A stretch of 64,000 nt of DNA, taken from positions 7,502,001 to 7,566,000 of the forward strand of contig CATNEN010000034.1 of NCBI GenBank assembly GCA_950097015.1. Reading direction: 5' to 3'. The notes beneath the pieces were generated by a model. The model searched no databases, was not told where the DNA came from, and saw only the letters and a program-made list of their open reading frames with translations. Each line of letters opens with the position of its first letter. The stretch's first letter is position 1. A program made the translations under genes and the position numbers. Shown piece after piece: positions 58,715 to 64,000 of this stretch. The stretch is from Macrostomum hystrix. Lineage: Eukaryota; Animalia; Platyhelminthes.

Positions 58715-59490
58715 TGCTTCGGTCTTACAGTGCGCAATGTCTCACAGGCCAGCTTGTGGTTTCCGGGACATTGTGCGCCTTTGTTAATGTAGATTCTCAT
58801 CTGAGCTAATGTAGATTCTCATGAGATTGTCACAGGGAGCTAGTACAGATTCTCATGAGATTCTCACAGAGAGCTAATGTAGATTCTCATGAGATTGTCA
58901 CAGGGAGCTAGTGCAGATCATGCTGATTTTGTCGTTAAACCCACTCACCTTCTATTAAATATTGGTTGCAAAAATATTTCCGAAGCTCGAAATCTTAAGC
59001 TTAAGAAGTAGTGCTTTATAGTTAAGTGCTTAGAAAATGTACTATATTTGCAGTGGTTAAGAATATAGCATGAAATATTTACCTTATATATTTGCTACAC
59101 TTATACAAGTACGAATTGTGCTACTAGTGCTGAAAATTGTTCAAATAGTTATTGGGTTCCAAATTGGGAAATTCCGGTTTTTGCAGATGCTTTTTTCACA
59201 TAAATGGGTTCATTTTGGAACTAAATTTCACATTAGTAACAGACAGTTGAGTTTAAAACGTAAATAGGATACAAGATGTTATTGTAAAGGTTAAAACAGG
59301 ACAACACAACAAGCTCTAAAAGTTAACGAGTCCTACAGATTTCACCGCCATCTCAAAAAAAACTAAAAAACGGGTCACAAAACTGCGCCAAGAGACGAAA
59401 AGCGTACAGAGTGAACAAGGGTTTTTTGAACAATGTGCTGAGTTTCAGCATAATACGAGCGTATCTCTGAATGTATGATACAAGGGTCGC
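58715..59490 (-). repeat. Inverted copy of the dispersed repeat ~9690-10465
   Basis: Reverse-complement match including the 34-bp repeats. Confidence 0.8.
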
Positions 59491-59499
59491 TCAAGGGTC

Positions 59500-59785
59500 G
59501 AGTTTGGGATTCAATCTTCCAAGTTTGGGATTCAATCCTCCGAGATTGGGATTCAATCTTCCAAGTTTGGGATTCAATCCTCCCAGCTTGAAATTCAATC
59601 CTCTTAGCTTGGAATCCAATTCTCCCACTTTGGGATTGGAAATCAATAGAGCTGAAAATCAGTTTAGAATTCAATCCTCCCAGTTTGGGGTTCAATCCTC
59701 CCAGTTTGGGATTCAACCCTCCCAGTTTGGGATTCAATCCTCCCAGTTTGGGATTCAACCTCCCCGCTCGGGATTCAATCCTCTC
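59500..59785 (-). repeat. 21-bp minisatellite array S10 (inverted)
   Basis: Paralogue of S6. Confidence 0.93.
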
Positions 59786-60101
59786 AGCTTTCCTTGCTTT
59801 AAAAACGGCATGCCTTCACAATGAACTTTCATAACTACAGTCCTTGGTTGACTGAAAGTAAGAATTCATTTGTTTACTTTACTCAACTTTGCACAAATGC
59901 TAAACTCACGAGTAGTTTTAACAGATTTGTATTAAAATCGAAATGGATCTCTTCCTATGCTAAGTCCATGTTGGACTTAGTTGGACTATGCTAAGTCCAT
60001 GATATTATTGTTGCAATTTCTACTTTGTTTGTCGCAGTGCGAAGAAAATAAAAAGATATTTCAGCTAATAGAAAGATAGTCTGTACCACGATTCGAACAA
60101 C

Positions 60102-60636
60102 TCACGAATTGATTACAGTGACCTTCCATTCATCTTTAGTATCATTCTTGCAGGCAATACTGCTAAGAGATTATCATTGCGGGGATGTGTCAACAATGTA
60201 GGCGTGACTCCAGTACATATTCCTGATGGTCACAATGTCGCCATCTTTGATGTTCAAAGAGTTGTTCTGATTCACAATGAACCACATCTGACCACGATCA
60301 GCGTCTCCTTTTCGAAGGTAGATTGTATAGCCGTTGCCGCATTGTGCATAGATCTCTTCATTATAACCAGGATTGTCGAGGACGATCTTCTTAGAGCCAT
60401 GCCAGGCGTCTTCGAATCGGAATGAGGTTGGCTTACTGGTTGCGACCTTCAAAAATAACCTTCTTTGACATAACCAACGATTGGATGACTCTTGATTAAC
60501 ATTTATGCGGTTGCCTGTTCGCACATTGATCAGCGTAACCAGCGAGCTTTGGCTGATGACTGCGCGTTTCGAAGCTGCAAGAGGCAGTGCTAGGCAGAGT
60601 GCCAGCAGGACCAGCGTCAGTAGGATGACAGAACAT
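60102..60636 (-). pseudogene. Secreted beta-trefoil-like pseudogene, type D copy 2 (inverted)
   Basis: Same promoter/start deletion and premature TGA-TAA as 41661-42197. Confidence 0.85.
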
Positions 60637-61354
60637 TTTCTTTCCTAGGAACTACATTTTTACCTTCAGGAATGCAGATGACGTGGTTGCGTTGCAATCA
60701 AAAAGGAAAACTTTAACGTGATTTACTCATCAGGAGTATCTCTGTGCATGTGGCTTTGCTTCAAGTTGGATACATATTTTCAACTAAAATTTGAAACCGC
60801 TATCAGATCCAGAAAAATATTTCTTAGAAGGAAATTACTGAAAAAAAACATGTGGGAAAATTTTTTTCTTTTCGTTCCGTGCTTCGCTTCGCAATTGCTG
60901 AGCTTCCAGCGTTGCCTGCAAGTGATCACAGAGAAGCACTGGTGGCGTGATTTTCCGCTGTCAAGATTAGGCATGAGATTGACTGCGGTTCAGCATTAGA
61001 TTGCAGCAGGGGATTGGCTCAGTTTGGCATTCAATCAACCCAGTCTGATATTGACATCCTCCCAGTGTGTGTTGGTTTTGCGTTTGCACTTTTATGCTTC
61101 AGTCCTCGTTTACATTCTGTGTTATCTTTCTCCCTATCTGTCGTGCGCTGTCTCTCTCTAGCAGTGTTTACTCACCGCATATCCACCTGCGTGTCAGTGC
61201 ATGTTTTAGCCCTCAACCAATCAAATCGTTTCAATAATCAATGTGCATTCATCGTAAAGTCTGTGCATAATAAATAGATCGAAAGCTTTGGCTCTGGCCC
61301 TCAACTGTTGGTTTGTCAGCTACCAAGACTTGACTTGAGTTCTCCAGCTTACAA

Positions 61355-61966
61355 GTCCCAAACTGGGAGGATTGATTCCCAATCTGCCAGGGTTAAATCC
61401 CAAACTGGATAGACTTGACTCCCAAACTAGGAGGATTTGAATTTCAAACTAGGAGGATTGGATTCCAAGCTGAGAGAATTGAATTCCAAACAATGAGGAT
61501 TGGATTCCAAGCTGGGAGGATTAGATTCCAAGCTGGGAGGATTAGATTCCAAGCTGGGAGGATTAGATTCCAAGCTGGGAGGATTGGATTCCAAGCTAGG
61601 AGGATTAGAATCCAAGCTGGGAGGATTGGATTCAAAACTGGGAGGATTGAATCCCAATCTGGGAGGATTAGATTCCAAGCTGGGAGGATTAGATTCCAAG
61701 CTGGGAGGATTAGATTCCAAGCTGGGAGGATTAGATTCCAAGCTGGGAGGATTAGATTCCAAGCTGGGAAGATTGGATTCCAAGCTGGGAGGATTAGATT
61801 CCAAGCTGGGAGGATTGAATCCCAAACTGGGAGTATTCGAATCCCAAACTGGGAGTATTCGAATCCCAAACTGGGAGTATTCGAATCCCAAACTGGGAGT
61901 ATTCGAATCCCAAACTGGGAGTATTCGAATCCCAAACTGGGAGTATTCGAATCCCAAACTGGGAGT
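61355..61966 (+). repeat. 21-bp minisatellite array S11
   Basis: Paralogue of S7. Confidence 0.95.
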
Positions 61967-62408
61967 ATCAATTGCAGGTAACGCTCGAAGCACAGCGATT
62001 GCGAAGTGAAGCACTGAACGAAAAGCAAGAAAAGTTTCTCACTTGTTTTTTTCAAGAATTTCCTTCTAAGAAATATTTTTTCTATAGCGGTTTCAAATTT
62101 TAGTTGAAAATATGTTCACAATTGTATAAAATATGTATCCGACTTGAAGCAAAGGCATATGCACAGAGATACTCCTGAGGAGTGAACCAGATTAAAATTT
62201 TCCTCATTGATTGCAACGCAACCACAACGTCATCTGCATTCCTGAAGGTTAAAATGTAGTTCCTAGGAAAGAAACAGTTTTCTCTGCTCGTCTGCGCTTA
62301 ACGTTAAAAATTCCAATTAACCAAAAGCTCTATATAAGCTTGTGAGAATTTCAAATCAAACTCCAATTTCTCGGTTCGTTTATTGAAACTGCCAGAAATT
62401 GAATTGGA

Positions 62409-62957
62409 ATGCCCAATCAAAGCAGTTCTGTCATCCTACTGACGCTGGTCCTGCTGGCACTCTGCCTAGCACTGCCTCTTGCAGCTTCGAAACGCGCAGT
62501 CATCAGCCAAAGCTCGCTGGTTACGCTGATCAATGTGGGAACAGGGAACCGCATGGAAGTTCGTCAAGACAATGGTTGGTTATTTTTGGACGCAACCGGT
62601 AATGTCGCAACCGGTAAGCCAACCTCATTCCGATTCAAAGACGCCTGGCATGGCTCTAAGAAGATCGTCCTCGAGAATTATGGTTATATTGAAGAGATCT
62701 ATGCACAATGCGGCAACGACTATACAATCTACCTTCAAAAAGGAGCCTCTGATCGTGGTCAGATGTGGTTCATTGTGAATCAGAACAACTCTATGAACAT
62801 CAAAGATGGCGACATTGTGACCATCAGGAATATGTACTGGAGTCACGTCTACCTTGTTGACTTATGGCCGAAGGGATCATCTCTTAGCAGTATTGCCTGC
62901 AAGAAGCATATTAAAGATGATAAAAAAGATAGGTGGAAGGTGACTTTAATTAATTAG
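62409..62957 (+). CDS. Secreted beta-trefoil-like protein (182 aa)
   Basis: Same framework; TATA at 62331. Confidence 0.85.
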   Translation: MPNQSSSVILLTLVLLALCLALPLAASKRAVISQSSLVTLINVGTGNRMEVRQDNGWLFLDATGNVATGKPTSFRFKDAWHGSKKIVLENYGYIEEIYAQCGNDYTIYLQKGASDRGQMWFIVNQNNSMNIKDGDIVTIRNMYWSHVYLVDLWPKGSSLSSIACKKHIKDDKKDRWKVTLIN

Positions 62958-63566
62958 TGAGACCTGGAACTCTTACAAATATACTGCTCTCGTCAGTTGT
63001 TCGAATCGTGGTACAAAATATCTTTCTTTTAGCTTTTTATTCTATTTTCTTCGCACGACTAAAATTTATAAAAGGCAAGAATCAATTATTAACTGCGAAA
63101 AACGAAGTAAAATTGCAACAATGATATCGGAATCAAAATCAGATTCGAAAATGAAGCGCGCACAATCGATACTACTGCTCAGTGTGAGTTGTTGGTGGTG
63201 TAGAAATTATGCGATGGGAAGTTCACGATTACAATTTTATTGAAATTGAAAAAATCAATTTTAAACACACATTGACATTTTTTACATGTGTCCTTGGACA
63301 TTTCTTCCGTCTCTCTTTGTACATTCACTGAATGTGTCCTTGGACATCCCCTCAGTGTGCTTTTGGATGTTTCCCCAGTGTCATACCACATGGACTTAGC
63401 ATAGGACAAGATCCATTTCGATTTCAATACAAATCTGGTCAAACTACTCGTGAGTTTAGCATTTGTGCAAAGTTGAGCCAATAAACAAATGCATTCTAAC
63501 TTTCAGTCAACCAAGGACTGTAGTTATGAAAGTTCATTGTGAAGGCATGCCGTTTTTAAAGCAAGG

Positions 63567-64000
63567 AAAGCTGAGAGGATTGAATCCCAAACTTGGAGGT
63601 TGAATCCCAAACTGGGAGGTTGAATTCCAAACTGGGAGGGTTGAATCCAAAGCTGGGAGGTTTGAATCCCAAACTGGGAGGATTGGATTCAAAGCTGTGA
63701 GGATTGAATCCCAAACTGGGAGGTTGAATCCCAAACTGGGAGGATTGGATTCAAAGCTGTGAGGATTGAATCCCAAACTGGGAGGTTGAATCCAAAAATG
63801 GGAGGATTGAATCCAAAAATGGGAGGATTGAATCCCAAACTGGGAGGATTGAATCCCTAACTGCGAGGATTGAATCCCAAACTAGGAGGGTTGAATCCCA
63901 AACTAGGAGGGTTGAATCCCTAACTGGGAGGATTGGATTCTAAGCTAGGAGGATTGGATTACAAATGGGGAGGATTGAATCCCAAATTCAGAGGATTGAA
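63567..64000 (+). repeat. 21-bp minisatellite array S12 (runs off the window)
   Basis: Read directly. Confidence 0.95.

Larger units (their letters stand above)
30650..64000 (+). other. Second tandem segmental duplication: gene - satellite - CsRn1/LINE - inverted pseudogene - satellite (units ~30650-43970, ~50355-62090, partial third)
   Basis: Shared nested TE insertion, shared type D pseudogene lesions and shared satellite junctions. Confidence 0.85.

Noticed and set aside
15497-64000. CRISPR-like appearance of the palindromic repeats
   Set aside because: Units are head-to-tail with no unique spacers, there are no cas genes, and the context is eukaryotic.
1-64000. tRNA, rRNA or other structured ncRNA genes
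   Set aside because: None recognised. Only tRNA-complementary primer-binding sites of LTR elements were seen.

Overview
Eukaryotic (metazoan, probably invertebrate) DNA; the species cannot be determined from the sequence. The window opens with a small foldback-type element (1.9-2.5 kb) and one intact intronless very-large-inducible-GTPase gene (GVIN1/VLIG family, 3.06-8.54 kb). The remaining ~55 kb is a segmentally duplicated locus built around nine copies (7 intact, 2 pseudogenes) of an intronless ~180-aa secreted protein gene. The protein has a near-invariant signal peptide and a hypervariable, probably beta-trefoil-like mature domain. The copies sit in cassettes interleaved with arrays of a 21-bp palindromic minisatellite (consensus AATCCCAAACTGGGAGGATTG). 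Relics of a Polinton/adintovirus (PolB, retroviral-type integrase, adenovirus pX-like and parvovirus-type PLA2 genes) are co-amplified with the cassettes. Inserted into or between the cassettes are: solo LTRs; two defective copies of a CsRn1-clade Ty3/gypsy element, with an RNase H-bearing LINE inserted exactly at the polypurine tract; and a Gmr1-like (PR-INT-RT-RH) LTR element that carries a BEL/Pao fragment bounded by inverted LTR copies. The best candidate for an undescribed system is the minisatellite-bounded, rapidly diversifying secreted-protein family next to an immune GTPase. All family assignments come from motif recognition by eye; no database searches were run.
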